DNA of 64,000 bases from the NCBI GenBank assembly GCA_040954595.2, contig CM082590.2, positions 7,688,001 to 7,752,000 of the forward strand, given 5' to 3'. A program made the position numbers and the translations under genes. This DNA comes from Balanoglossus misakiensis. Its lineage: Eukaryota; Animalia; Hemichordata. The notes below the pieces were generated by a model. It saw only the letters and a list, made by a program, of their open reading frames with translations, had not been told where the DNA came from and searched no databases. Shown piece after piece: positions 12,575 through 26,322 of this stretch. Numbering within the stretch: the stretch's first letter is position 1; each line of letters begins with the position of its first letter.

Positions 12575-15500
12575 ATGGCGGAGAACACGTAAGTGAGGAA
12601 CAACTTGTCCAGATAGCAATTTCTGACGATGTTTGACTCCAGTCAGTTTCCTCGTATACGACATTTATTAGATTACTCATTTACTGTACCATTCACTGCA
12701 TATTCCGATGTAGAAAGACAAATCATAGAATTTATGTTTACACATGAAATGTACTAATACCAATGTTTCCTTTTATTTCTACATACAGATTTACCAAGTT
12801 TACTGTGGCACTCGTCTTTGTTGTCAGCATTGTATCACGTTCTAATGCTCAAGGTGTGTAAAATCTAAATCCCATGCATTTACTTTTATACCAAGCAAAA
12901 GCAAATTCGTCATCTGTATTTTCCCAGTGACTTTCAATGTTTGATATGTCCTCGTTACTTTATTTCACCGAAACTGGCTACCATATCAGTCCTTCAAGAT
13001 TTCTCTTTATGTTTTCACAGAGGTTTCCATTGCGTCCACGTCCATAACAAACGCTGATACAGTGACATATATAGCTGGAGGAACTGCACAGACTATCACC
13101 ATAACGCTGGGGCTCTCAGAGACTGGTGGTGCCAGTACTGCTGGCAGCGTCACCAAGATGGCAGTTTACTTCACTGACAACGTGCAGTATGAGAGCAGCA
13201 CATCCGCGGGGACATCGATTGCGTTCGAGAAAACATTCACCTCTGCAATCCCCGTTACCGCTGGTAGCACCGATGACAAGACATTAATTGCGGATGAGAC
13301 GATTGCTGTGACCTTAGACGAGGCCAAGTGTGCAGATTACACACACGTCTGTGTGGTGATCACTGCCACGGGAGATACAGATGCAACCGACGACGATGGT
13401 TGTCTACCTTTCGGCGCAACTGTGGGCACAGGTGCCGGAACGAAGCAGTGTACAGGTAAAGGTTTTCACTTATTTAGGGATGCATGATATGAAATGCCTG
13501 GGGTGTATGGCACAAAATGTTGTCCAAATGCTTTCGAACAATGAGTTGTCGATACCTGTATTTGAATTTAGTCTGGATTGTAATTCAGTTGTTGAGAGTA
13601 ACATTGCTAGTATTGCATATATTGACTTTGGTGACAAGCTGAATACTTGGGCATATCAACATGAAGTTTGGAGTAGAACAAGAAATTGTAGGAAACACAC
13701 ATAACAAAAATACTGAAAATATTATCAAAAGTTAGTTACCACCTTTGATTTTGTAACTGTTCTTATTCATATGTTGATTGCCGAATCATTTCTGTACATA
13801 AAAAGCCACAGCACACCACAATTATTGCTCACGTCTTGTCTGTTTTTTTTTCACTCTCAGAAGTAACAGTTGCGTCCACCTCCATAACAAACGCTGATAC
13901 AGTGACATATCTGGCTGGTGGAGCTGCACAGACTATCACCGTGACGCTGGGACTGACAGTGCCTGCCGGTGGCGGAGATGGCAGCATCACCAAGATGGCA
14001 GTTTACTTCACTGACAACGCGCAGTATGAGACCAGCACACCTGCAAAGACATCAAGTCCGTTCGAGAAAACATTCACCACTGCAATCACCGTACCCGCTG
14101 GTAGCACCGATATCAAGACATTCATTGCGGCTGAGACGATTGATGTGACCATAGACGAGGCCAAGTGTGCAGATTACACACACGTCTGTGTGGTGATCAC
14201 CACGGGAGATACAACTGCAGCTGACGATGATGGTTGTCTACCTTTTGGTGCAACTGTGGGCACTGGTGCTGGAACAAAGCAATGTACAGGTAATTTTGAT
14301 GACTTTTGTGTCAGTTTTCCGAGTCAAGTGTTTCCCAGCACAATTTTTGGCTTAATTTGATGAATTAATTCAGGATCATGAAAAAGAATTGATCTAACTT
14401 ATCCACTTCCTCAGGGTTTCTCATCACAGGATTGTGTGTTTTTAAAAAAGCCCACTTCCCATAATTACAGTCATGAAAACGTATGTGTGTTAGTAATTAA
14501 ACTAAGTTATATGATTTGAATAAGACAAAGTTTTGAATTCTTTAATGAAATTCTATCTTGGAAACGTGTTTATGTATACGAATACCTGCTCGCATATTTG
14601 ACAAACTTCATATTATGTGTCTGTCCACAGCACCTGGAGTTAAGGCCGATAGCTTTTCTGCCACTGCTCCTGAAACCTACACCATTGACACTACCACTCC
14701 AGTAGAATTCACCTTTTCCATCGGTCTGACCAATGCTGATGCGTCGAACATCATTTGCACTGGCGTCAACATTTACCTGTCGGACAATGAGGCTCTGACG
14801 ACCAAATCGACTGCAGTACCCGCAGCAGGGGTCACCTTCCCCCTCACAATCGACGCTTCTGCAGACGGTTCCACACTCACACCAGGCCTGACAGCAAGCA
14901 TCACAGCAGACACCACCCAGTGCAGCTCGTACAAGTACCTGTGTGCACAAGTCATGCCAGGCAATGCTATTGGGTGTTTTAGTGTCAGTGAGAACATTGA
15001 CTGTCAAGGTGAGTTACAATGGAACATGTATGTATGTTATGTATGTTATGTATGTATGTATGTATGTATGTATGTATGTATGTATGTATGTATGTATGTA
15101 TGTATGTATGTATGTATGTATGTATGTATGTATGTATGTATGTATGTATGTATGTATGTATGTATGTATGTATGTATGTATGTATGTATGTATGTATGTA
15201 TGTATGTATCTATGTATGTATGTATGTATGTATGTATGTATCTATGTATGTATGTGTGTATGTATGTGTGTATGCACATATTCATGACTGTGAGTGAGTG
15301 AGTGAGTGAGTGAGTGAGTGAGTGAGTGAGTGAGTGAGTTGAAAAAGGGGGTCTGAATTTTGGTCTTAATGGCATTAAATTGTTCATATGTGATTAGTGT
15401 CAGGTGTGTAGGTGCACGTTAAAACAGATTGCTGGAAATAGCATCTAAAAAATTTAAACTTTCCTTTGCTTGGTGTAAATTGCTATGCACGTCTGCAGAC

Positions 15501-15630
15501 AATTAACTCCATATCTCAACATTGCTATTTGTCCTTCATCTCACCAGGTTCTACAGGACACATGACTGTTGCTTCATTCGCCCTGCTGTGTGTTTCTATT
15601 GCTGCCGCCTTCTGGTATATCCATCCCTAG
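12575..15630 (+). CDS. Cluster gene 2: predicted GPI-anchored surface protein with 3 four-Cys beta-domains (~467 aa)
   Basis: Exons 12575-12588, 12789-12853, 13021-13455, 13861-14289, 14631-15008, 15548-15630, in frame. Kozak CACCATGG; signal MAENTFTKFTVALVFVVSIVSRSNAQ; tail GSTGHMTVASFALLCVSIAAAFWYIHP*. 3'UTR intron 15650-16274. Confidence 0.87.
13021..13455 (+). CDS. Gene 2 domain exon D1 (long, Asp-motif subtype)
   Basis: cacag|AG...ACA G|gtaaa; VYFTDN...KCADYTHVCVVI...DTDATDDDGC...GTKQC. Confidence 0.87.
13861..14289 (+). CDS. Gene 2 domain exon D2 (close duplicate of D1)
   Basis: ctcag|AA...ACA G|gtaat; long identical stretches with D1. Confidence 0.87.
14631..15008 (+). CDS. Gene 2 domain exon D3 (short subtype)
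   Basis: cacag|CA...CAA G|gtgag; IYLSDNE...QCSSYKYLCAQVMPG...GCFSVSENIDC. Confidence 0.85.
15027..15338. repeat. (TATG)n followed by (TGAG)n microsatellites
   Basis: Direct reading; source of the spurious MYVC-repeat ORFs. Confidence 0.95.
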
Positions 15631-17089
15631 ATACATGAGATGGAGAAAGGTATGCGACGTTTGAATATATACTTTTTGTTCACACAGACTCTGACTGTGG
15701 GGAAAATCATACTGAAATGTTTGTTTGCAAGAGTTGACAGTTTCATTTGACGGTAGACCACTTAGCGATAACCCAGGTTACACTTTTAAAAAAAAATTAG
15801 CCCCTGTGACACTGACAGGCCTTGTGCAGACATGTGGTACACTTCTGTGTCACCAAAGACGTCACATTATTGTGACCTGTTGGTCATTTTTTTCTGAAAA
15901 TATACACCCCTGAAATCTCACACTTTTTTAGAGCCTGTATCAGGCCCTGTAAGTCAACACTGACACAACACTGTTCGTACACCACTACAGTCAGAAATTA
16001 CATCAATGTATACATTCCTGGATTACCAGGCATGTCCATACAGTACACCCCTAGTAGAGATACCGGACAGGTTCCCTAAACCCAGGAACAGTTACAAGTA
16101 CTGATCAGACCATGTTATAGGGACATACTGAAATATGCCTTGATTTTTCAGCCGTGTAGGGTGAGAGAAGTAGGTATTGTGATTGCATTCACAGCCATTG
16201 GTTATACATGTACATGTTTTGAACTTTAACTTTTTGTTAATTGTTAAACACATTTTTTCTGTTTTTTTTCACAGATATCGAAAATGATACCCTAGGAAAA
16301 TTGTTTGACTGTACTCAATTTAATAGTATAGGAAATGCCTTGTGATCCTTGTTTTCCTTTTTAGTTTAACATTGCGTTTCGTGCAAACGTCCAAATAGTG
16401 AAAGTGTTGTGTAAATCTTAATCTGTAACTTTGGCATGACATCATGATAGATGGTGTTAGTTCAATGACGATGCTATGGATGACGTCAAATGAAATGTTT
16501 GTCACGACATTTTGTGACGAATGTATCATTTGTTCGCACGACTCCGTATCCGAGACCGACTCCAGCTAGAGGGCGTATTTTCATATGGCCTGTCATGACA
16601 TGGATATATTTGAGGAATTTATCAAACACAATTTCACATTACAGGGACATGTTTTTGCACAGATTGTTGAAATGTAATTTTACTGTGCGAATTTACACGC
16701 AAGGAAATAAATTAATCTGACTTGGTATTCCAGCAATTAATTGTTTGTCGTTTGTATTCTTTGTTCTGAACCAATTTTTCTCAAGGACACCTCAACTTAG
16801 CAATTCAAGCGTTCCTGAAGAAGGGTTTAACTTGAAAATGTCTGTACTGATGTCTGTTTCTGTGTTTTGTGAGGACATTGTTAATGGTCAAAATGTCTCA
16901 AATAGCCCACAATATTCTTATTCTCAAGTTCTCGTCTGAAATTATACTGCATTTCAAAATAACTACAATGCAGTTCATTTGCATAAAAAGAGGTATTTTT
17001 ATTTCAAAACAATTGTTCAAGTTGGCCGAAAAATCCAAACATGGAAAAAACTTGTATGCAGAACTAAAATGGTGCATAATTTGATGTAA

Positions 17090-18290
17090 AGTTTTGCACC
17101 TGGCCTTCTCTGCCTGCATCATGGAGCCCTCAACGGTCGACAGAATATGTACTGTTGGTTGTTTCACTTTGCAACAAATTAAACTGGCCAACCATTGAGG
17201 GCGTGCTGATTGGGAAGTTAGTATCCAGGTGTTGTCAACATCTGCCGATTGTGGCTTTCATGCAAAATAATTTTCACTTAATAAGCTGAATACTGGATTT
17301 ACAAAATAAACCGAAGTAGCAAAAAAAATACTTTTAAAAATCGATCTTGTAATAGGTTACGATCACTAGCTTTGGTGACTGGGATTGGGAAAAATTCCAA
17401 ATATTTAAGAAAATACAGCTTTAATTCATGAACGCCTCCCAGATCCATCCCTTAGTCCCCGTACTCGACACGTCTGCCGCTTGCATCGCTATTCGTAGTC
17501 ACATGCTTGTCACGTGACTTGGAATGGAATGGACCAATAAGGTCCCCTCTGAGAATGCGGTCAGGCGGCCTGCTTTACAGCCTTCAGGATGCGCAACTGA
17601 CCGCTGAATATCTCATTTAGTACTACGACAGAAATAGGATCACCACCAATCAAGAAACATTTTATACACGCATAGAGGTTAATAAATATGCCCAGTATGA
17701 CCTAACCACTGTCGACTGCTTTTGATATTTATTGCCGTCTGACCAGACTGACCGGTCGCTATTACGACGGAACCGAGCAAAAAAAAAAACAAGCAACATG
17801 AAAAGACCTGTGTGTTGACCCATGGTTGAACCAACACTGACGCTGGTGCCCCGAACCAGATCTCTAACTTAAGTTGCTAGAGACCCAGAACGCTGAAGTT
17901 AGCTTTCCAAAGGCACCTGCGACAACACTTAGTCCAACCAAAGGCGACACCAAAATTATACCTAGTCCTACATCGTAACAAACTTCCCTTGGCGGGAGAT
18001 AATTAGATAGGGCGCCGGGCGCGCGCGAAAGCCTACAACCGTGAGAGCGAAATTCAATCACTAAGAAAATGTTTCTGGTTCGTCTAAAAACCAGTCTTGA
18101 ACACGATCGGTAAATCTCGAAGGTCGGAAGGAACTACACTCTCCGATGTAGAAGCAAATGCGCGGAAAAACTCTGAAAAACAGCCAAAATTAGGTCACTC
18201 GAGCAAATTCAGTGAACACCTCATTGCACGACAGATTGTCACATACTACTTCTACGCATGCTCGTGTATTGACATCCGGGAACGCTGGAA
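17090..18290. repeat. Second copy of the block at 6470-7980
   Basis: See the 6470-7980 feature. Confidence 0.8.
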
Positions 18291-18509
18291 GCAAGTTGGA
18301 TTGCACCATTATCTGGTGGGTTGCGCCGGGTTCTGTTAATAGGGTGGCGTATCAGATAGACCGAAGAAGCGCTGTATAACTTGGTTTAGGCTACTAATTT
18401 CCAGATTTGGACGCCCAATCCTGTTTATTCAGTGAGTCACCCACGAATTTCATGTGACTGTCATGCTCACGAAAACTAAAGTAATCGTTGAGATGGGCCA
18501 ACCGGCATA

Positions 18510-18743
<234 letters not shown>

Positions 18744-20601
18744 ATCAGCTACTTCCCCCACATTCATCCAAACCCATGAATCAAGGAAGCAGCAAATATA
18801 TATAGTCAGTCGATCCTATGAAGTTGAGAGAGGACGGTATGAACCTAAGTCGAATCCCAATTAAGATAATTTGAACCACACCCACTACACTTTCCGAATG
18901 ACTGAAGAAGCACAATGACATTAAATTGACTTTAATAGGTACCTGCTCTGTTTATTAGCATAAACGCAGTGTACAGCATAACACGGAAATCTGAGGCACC
19001 TAGTCGACACAAGCCCTAGAGGAGAACCATTTGATTTCTTGGGGAGGGTAGGTGATTTTGGTATGTCAGTAATTTGTTTTCAGTCACTGTTACAGAAATA
19101 GTTATTGCCAATCCAACTTTGTCCTAAAGGCCATGCAGAAGCAATCTTTTTCCTCCAAATCACCAGCCAACATTTCCTTTTCAAAAATTCCTCCATCCCC
19201 AGAATTCAAATGGTGCTCTATTTAGAATAATCGGCGTTGTGTCTTTCGGTGTACATTAGACATCACTTATACAAAATGTCTAAAAGCAGCCGTGGTCAAG
19301 TGATTCGCTAAAAATGTTCGTTTATATGGCCTACTGATCAGTGACAAGCATTGATGTTAATCTGGACAGGTTCTCAAATAGAAAGAGTGGAGTCGCTTTT
19401 ATCGTGATTCTTATATACGACCGTGTTTACCTCCACCTCCCTGCCTTTCTGTAAATTTAAGTGCGTCTCGGGTACGGAGTCATTCTCTGACTGACAGTTT
19501 GTATCACGGTCATTGAACAAAAATGGCGCGCGTCGATCGTTGTCATCCATAGCACCGTCAAAAACACACCCTAACATGCCTGTGTGATAATATAAACTCT
19601 CACAGACAGTATTAGTAAAAAAAATACAGATTGTCTGATCAGTAAGGAAACAAACATGTACAATGCTTAACACACAGGAAAACAATTTTTTTGTGAATTT
19701 TACATACATATATTAATCGATTGAGAAATACAATTTAAAACTTCACCATCTTTCAGTTATCTTTCCTCTGTATATTGTATCGGTTTTTTTCAGGTTTTAT
19801 TTTCGAACTGTTTATATAATATATGGGCGTTATTTTCAAAATATACTCTTTGTTCAGAATTTTGTGGCCATATTACATTTTGATCTGAAACAAGTGTGCG
19901 GAACTGATTACTGAATTATGTCGTCTTCCTCAAAGTTTGAGATTTCAGAAAAAAAGATAACCAAAAGATGGCGGTTATGTGCTTGAATTATCAGGCGTCA
20001 TTGTCCGATTAGAATACAGCTAGAGGTGTCACACGTTACTTTCCACCTGTGAACGAAGAAGGCAAAAGAATGAACATTAGTCAAACCTTTGATAGACAGA
20101 GTGGATATCGTTTCCATGTCAAACATTTTACGTTGGCTGAGTCAGGATTTGTGTATACCAGTCTGTTTGTAGCCATACACTGAAGGTCACTTGTAGGTCA
20201 CTCTTTGTAGTTAGCATATTAAACTCATTCAACTTTTTTTTCACATTTTGTTATTTTTTTCTGTTACAAAGTTTCAGAATAACCCAGTATCACTTTAGTT
20301 TATGAACTCCCATGGCAAAAATCGGCCATCTTGAAATACTGTCGACCATATGAGATTTTCATCACTCACTTAGGTAGCTTAAAACCTATTTGAAGTAGGG
20401 AGAATTATGTCGTGTTATAGATACACTGCTAAAGGTGAATACACTGTGGGTCATTTCGTGAAATGCTAGTGTAACGACCTCGAGAAGCAATACACATTCT
20501 GGCAACTTAGATTCTCCTGGAGACATTGATAAATTCAGAATACTCATTGTAAGAAATACTAGTACAACGACTAGCACTAATACTTACTTGTCTGTGGCAG
20601 A

Positions 20602-23600
20602 CTACCCTTGCAACAGTAACAGCATAGACAGAAGGATCGACAGTGTAGTGAATAAATTCATCTGCAGGGCTACTGATCCATTCTCTTCGGCTGTAAGAAT
20701 GAAAAATAAAGTGTTTATATATGTACCTAGTAAGAACTGATTGTGTCATTGAGATACATAGAGAATATATGCGTTAGAGAAGAGAATTTTTCTCCTCGCC
20801 ATGGGAACAGATCTTCAGAATAGTCTAGTTCATGTTTTGAGGTTTGAATTCTATCATTTATTAACCCGCCAACATGCCTGCCTGTCTTTCAGCTGCTCGA
20901 TATTGCCTCCCCTCCCCCGCGTTCAATATGGTCAAATAGCTCCACCCCTAGGTGCTCCCAAACCCATCCCATACCACATGTCCGTATGTCTGACACCCTA
21001 TCCCTTCAAATGAAATATCCTCAGCCACCCACCCACCCATCCACCTACCAATGCCCACCCAAACGACCAAAACCAAACGACATTCCTTAGACAGAATTGA
21101 TTTCGTCATATGTACCAACTGCGCATATATATACTCACGCGGACATTCAGTTTTACCAGTGACATCGATGCAAATAGTCAATGGTCCTGGCTCCATCTTT
21201 AGACACATTTTGTTATAGGCACTGCAGTCCGTCTCTGACAGGATTGTCACGCTTGCTGTCATACCAGTAGTCAATCCTTTACCAGCAGTTCCATCTGCAC
21301 TTGCAGGCAAGGTTGTTGGTGCACCCGTGACGGCAATCGCATCAGACACTTTGGCTCCATCTGCAGCTAGGTCTTCATTGTCAGACAGATATAGCTTGTA
21401 AGATGTTATGGTTACTGCTGAGGCATCGGCGTTAATCAGACCAGCATCGAAAGTCAGTGTGGTCGCAGCAGTTGTACTCAGTTTGTAGGTTTCTGGTTCT
21501 GTAATCTGAAAGGTGCCTGGTTTGAAGGCCATAGTTGCTGGAGAAAGAGAAGAGATTTTTAATAAAGCGAAATCCAGGAATGACCGCCATTTTGTCTGGT
21601 CGACCATATCGTACAACTCATAGCTCCCTAACAATTTTCCCATTCACAAATCCAAAATTTATCAATTTCATCCATTAACGGTGTGTTATATAATCGCCAT
21701 CATGGCATACCAATAGACGACTGCGAGATCTCGTCAGAAGTGGACAATTATCTTAGTAACCGGTTGCTAGCCAAGGCATACAAATCAAATGGTGTATCAC
21801 GTGCCACATGAGAATGTCCTATATATAAATAGGCCAGCTGCGTGAAATCTCGCGGGATCTCGTGTTGCTCAGAAAATAATCTATTGCACATGCATAGCTG
21901 AATGCTTACCAGCACAGTCGGTTTTACCAGTGACATCTATGCAAATAGTCAATGATCCTGGCTCCATCTTTAGACACATTTTGTTATAGGCACTGCAGTC
22001 CGCCCCTGACAGGATTTTCACGCTTGCTGTCATTTCAGTAGTCAATCCTTTACCAGCAGTTCCATCTGCACTTGCAGGCAAGGTTGTTGGTGCACCTGTG
22101 ACGTCAATGGCAGCAGACACCTTGGCCCCACTGTCAGCTAGGTCTTCATTGTCAGACAGATATAGCTTGTAAGATGTTATGGTTACCGCTGAGGCATCGA
22201 CATTAATCAGACCAGCATCGAAAGTTAGGGTGGTTGCAGCAACTCTTGTCAGTTTGTAGGTCGCCGGTGCACTAACCATAAAACTGCCGGCTTTGAAGAG
22301 AGTTGCTGGAGATAACAAGGAAATTTTCTTAAAGCAGAGAGTAATTGGAATTACTATCCCCCGATTGGACTTCTCTTTTGACATTGCCACCACTATCTAC
22401 AAGTACTCTATTTCCTTAGAACTATAATGACAGTGATTTATCTCAGCCCCCTTTGTATACGTCATAATGAAAATGAGCCAACTACGATCATAACATTCAT
22501 CATGGTAGTGAAGATCTAGGCAAGTCTTCACAACACGACTTAAAATTTCTCTAACATCAATTTGAATAAAATAATACATGTAGCAAAATTAATATTGTTA
22601 GAGTATAAAATATATACATATTGACTGGCCATGAAGGTCACAGCATGAATGGACGACCTTCTGCCCAGGGAATCAGACCAATCAGACTGCAGGACAAGAC
22701 GTATAGAAAATTTGTCAAAAGTACGCACAGCGTTAATTCCTTTCGAGTCATTTTGGAAGCGGCTTTGAGAACAGTTACAATTGCAAATCGACGCACGAAG
22801 AGAATTATAAACCACGCAGAATACAAAATAGATGCAACATGGATAAGCAATTCCGTATATGTTGATATTTACCTGCACAGTCTTTCGCTCCGGCTTGACC
22901 TGTAGTGGTGCCGATGTCCAGGCAATGCTCGGCGTCACCTGTGGTGGTACTCACACCCCCACCTTTGATCAGTACGCATAGTTTGGCTGCGTTTGTACAG
23001 TCTGCCTCAGTAGCGAATTTGAGAGTTGCGGTGTTTCCTGCTAAGGCTTGCGAAGTAACTCCCCCACTAGCGATGGTCTCAGTGGATGTATCAGTTGGAG
23101 CGGAACCTCCGGCGGCAACTTTGGTTCCCGCGATCTCAGAATCGGAGCCATCAACAAAGTAGACATCAATCCCATTCACGTCGCCACCAACACTCGCTGA
23201 ACTGACTGTTGCAGTGAACGTGATAGTGGTATCTGTCACTCTGTTGTACTCAATATCAGCAGGAGCAGCTGGGGCAGTTATGGCATAACTGTCTAATACC
23301 ACATCTACGATAAATGAAGGAGAAAACATCATTATTAACTCATACATATTCACTGGCCAATCAGTTAAAAGATTAAAACAAAATCAAGCAGTCAGCTAAA
23401 TATTCATAAAATAATATTACTGTGAACTGAATTTCATATTTCTGAAAATGTTGTAAACTCGGTCAAAATTTTGCACGGTGACATTTTTAAGAGAGAATAC
23501 TATAAATCCTTACACGTGCAAATACATTCACACAACTATTGACATATTGCCTACCTGAGCCGTAGCTGCCTTGTATGCAGAACAGAAATGCAGTCAGACC

Positions 23601-23914
23601 AAACAACACAGCTGTGTACCTGGAAAGAAAATGTAGAAAAAAATCAAAACACAATTCTGGTGGTAAGAAACGTTAAATATTTCTAATACAATCCGTTTTC
23701 TACATCTTACACTCGCCCCAGCAGTTATTTCATTCCTAAGCCTGCCAGCACTGCATTCTGTTAATACATCCTTAAAGTTATCAATGCAGATATTGGACAG
23801 GTGGTGATACTGAGTATAACACGACAATATCAACAGGTTGAATGGTAGTTCGTCACGACAGCCGGAATAATATGGTAGCCAAGTAAAGCCACTGAATTTT
23901 GAAATCTACCCCAT
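20602..23914 (-). CDS. Cluster gene 3: predicted GPI-anchored surface protein with 3 four-Cys beta-domains (~461 aa)
   Basis: Minus-strand exons 23914-23910, 23619-23555, 23304-22873, 22305-21910, 21537-21139, 20690-20602, in frame. Signal MGYTAVLFGLTAFLFCIQGSYGS; tail PEENGSVALQMNLFTTLSILLSMLLLLQG*. GTAAGT donor 14 nt after the stop. Confidence 0.87.
21139..21537 (-). CDS. Gene 3 domain exon D3 (short subtype)
   Basis: ctccag|CA...CCG C|gtgagt; LYLSDNE...DCSAYNKMCLKMEPG...ICIDVTGKTEC. Confidence 0.87.
21910..22305 (-). CDS. Gene 3 domain exon D2 (near-duplicate of D3)
   Basis: ctccag|CA...GCT G|gtaagc. Confidence 0.87.
22873..23304 (-). CDS. Gene 3 domain exon D1 (similar to the gene 5/6 domain)
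   Basis: cgtag|AT...GCA G|gtaaat; DVVLDSYAITAP...NGIDVYF...GNTATLKF...DCTNAAKLC...HCLDIG...KDC. Confidence 0.87.
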
Positions 23915-23924
23915 TTTTCAGCTT

Positions 23925-24040
23925 CAGTGTTACAACCAGTGATGTATTTGGAAGTTGTCTTCAATGCAGAAGTGCGCGCACTACTGGGACGGTGGCAACA
24001 GAACTTCTTATGTACAAACGGTGCAACAAAGACACCCCGA
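23925..24040 (-). promoter_or_regulatory. Gene 3 core promoter/5'UTR, inverted homolog of 28620-28730
   Basis: Reverse complement matches GTGTCTTTGTTGCAC..TTGTACA.AAGAAGTTCTG...AGACAACTTCCAAATACATCACTGGTTG upstream of gene 4. Confidence 0.7.
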
Positions 24041-24792
24041 GCCATTGGTTGATCACATGGGCGTGACCAGTGTCGTGAAATTTGATTGGTGAAATTTTAC
24101 AAACGAACATGCCTTGAAATAATTGTTTGTGATGTTAACAACAACGTTGCCTAGGGAACCGAGTTTTGCTTATCGAGTTAAAGGTTCTTTTACCAGCATT
24201 TTTCCCATGAGTCAATTCACTCACTGTAAATTACATGTGACAATAATTGTCATGTTAAGCCACAAACGTTGGCTATATCTAAAACAAGATATAGATGTGT
24301 GGTGAGAAAGACGTCCGTTGCCTAGTTACGCGTACGCTAAGGATCTAGCACCTGAATAATTATTCAAGAACTCCTAAGCTGCCTGACGTTTCACTCATGA
24401 CTACGACCTACTCACATAAGACAACAGTTTACAGTGACGAATAAATTCGACAAACTTCGATCTCCATTCGTTCACATAATGGAAATATATGAAAAATATA
24501 AATAGGGGAAAATTAATACCTGAATATTTGATGAGCAAGTCTTGCGTGAAAATTAATACTTAAATCTTTGATGACCAAGTCCTATGTGAAAATTACATTG
24601 TCAATCACACTAGTATATTTTACATCGCCTTCACAGAATGGTAACACAAACGAATGCGTGAAAGAAGCAGTATTCACTTCAGTATTGTGAAATCAAAACC
24701 ATGTATAATGAAGTGACTATGTTCTTTTTAAAAAACTTTTAGCTTAGACTCTCTGCTATCCTAGCAGCACTTTCGCACAACAGAAGCATTAA

Positions 24793-25139
24793 AGGGACAC
24801 AGTCTCTCTCTCGCTGTCCTTTTTTCCATTAATTATGTTTGATACAAGACACTGTTTATGTTAATGTACATTTGGATATATAGTGAATCAATGATCAACC
24901 ACACAAAACTTCCATCCCGCTTGTATGATATGAGAGTAAAAACTCGCCCAAAATGAATAAATGGTAAAGAACGATTATTCATTTTGGCGAGTTTTTTCAC
25001 TCTCGTGTCTACAAGTGGGACGGAAGTTGTGTGTGGCTGAACGTTCATTCACTATATATCTACATGTAGAATAACAAACGGTGTCTTGTATCAAATATAA
25101 TTATGGAAAAAAGGGCAGCGAGAGAGAGACTTTGTCCCT
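24793..25139. mobile_element. MITE family A full copy
   Basis: TTAA TSD at 24789-24792 and 25140-25143; AGGGAC TIRs. Confidence 0.8.
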
Positions 25140-25143
25140 TTAA

Positions 25144-25450
25144 TCAGTTTTACACTATAAACACTTTCCCTGTCTCGTATTGTCGTGACTTGTCTTTCTT
25201 GCATCACCGCTCAGCAATTATTGCCTAAAGCGACCGGTGACACTTTCTAGATTTATGATCCCACAAAAATTAATGAAGTCGCGGTTTTAGGAGCATTGAG
25301 AAGTGTTCAGCTTTGCACTATAAACACTTTCCATGTCTCGTATAGTCTTGTCTTGTCTTTCTTGCATCACCGATCGGAATTATTGCCTAAAGCGACCGGT
25401 GACACTTTTTAGATTGATGGTCGCACAAAAATTAATGATTTCGCGGTTTG
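25144..25450. repeat. ~165 bp tandem duplication (2 units)
   Basis: CACTATAAACACTTTCC...GCCTAAAGCGACCGGTGACACTTT...CACAAAAATTAATGA appears twice. Confidence 0.8.
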
Positions 25451-26322
25451 GTGAGCTCGGCGACCAACGTGTTGCATCCCTCAGCTTAATTTGTAAGGTA
25501 ACCAATTAAACAATGGTTGCTATGAGGAATTGTTTGTGAAAAAACACAAGATATTGTTCAACCGTGAAAACACGAGGATCAGCATTATCGAAAACTCGTA
25601 ATAAAAAGGCACAGATCATTTCAATTTGTACATGTCTAATTGTCTGGGGCGTTTCATGCGTGCAGTACTCCGCCATTAAAGTTTGTATTCAGCCAAACAC
25701 ATTTTTCATTGTTATATTTGTTTTCCCCCATCGATGCTGATTAAGTTTGTCTAGAAACACTTCTACACCACCTGTCCAAGATGTTTGCTTTACAGAAAAT
25801 ATTGCAAGGAGATATTTTCAGCTCCACACCACGAAGAAAGCAAAACATTAAGATATCTATCAGGTAGATATCGTTTAATAATTTTGTAATAGTTTTGTAA
25901 ATTAAAATTACTATCTCCAGATTATTGAAACCCACGATTCGACAACACACCAGACATAAGACAAACTATGCGCCTCTGGGTATTCGTGCTTCGTGATACT
26001 GTAAAACAAACAAGAATGCAAAACAGGTGACGCGTTTCATCCACCTCCACACCATAAAATTGTTTCATTGCTCTATTGTGAGTCTTCTGTTTCTTGCAAG
26101 AGCAACAAGCAAGCAATTCTGTCTTTCAACGGATTGACCATGGCACGGAAATTTATAACGGTCAATGTCAAGACGGTCAACGTGTTGCATTCTTCAGCTT
26201 GAGTTGGAAACACTTTAAGTTTCCAAGTACCAAAAGGACAAAGGATACCGCTCTGCCGTTTAAACACGATGATAAGCATGACTAGCAGGACATAGCCGTT
26301 GGCTTATTCTTATACTTTTATG

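Noticed and set aside
14943-15387. ORFs with MYVC/HTYI repeats (also at 18488, 29272, 30705-31049, 31374-31724, 44475-44883, 54368)
   Set aside because: Translations of microsatellites located in introns or intergenic DNA.
7749-18339. Paired ORFs MNTIGKSR... at 7785 and 18097
   Set aside because: They lie within the duplicated non-coding block, use non-ATG starts, have divergent ends and lack splice support.
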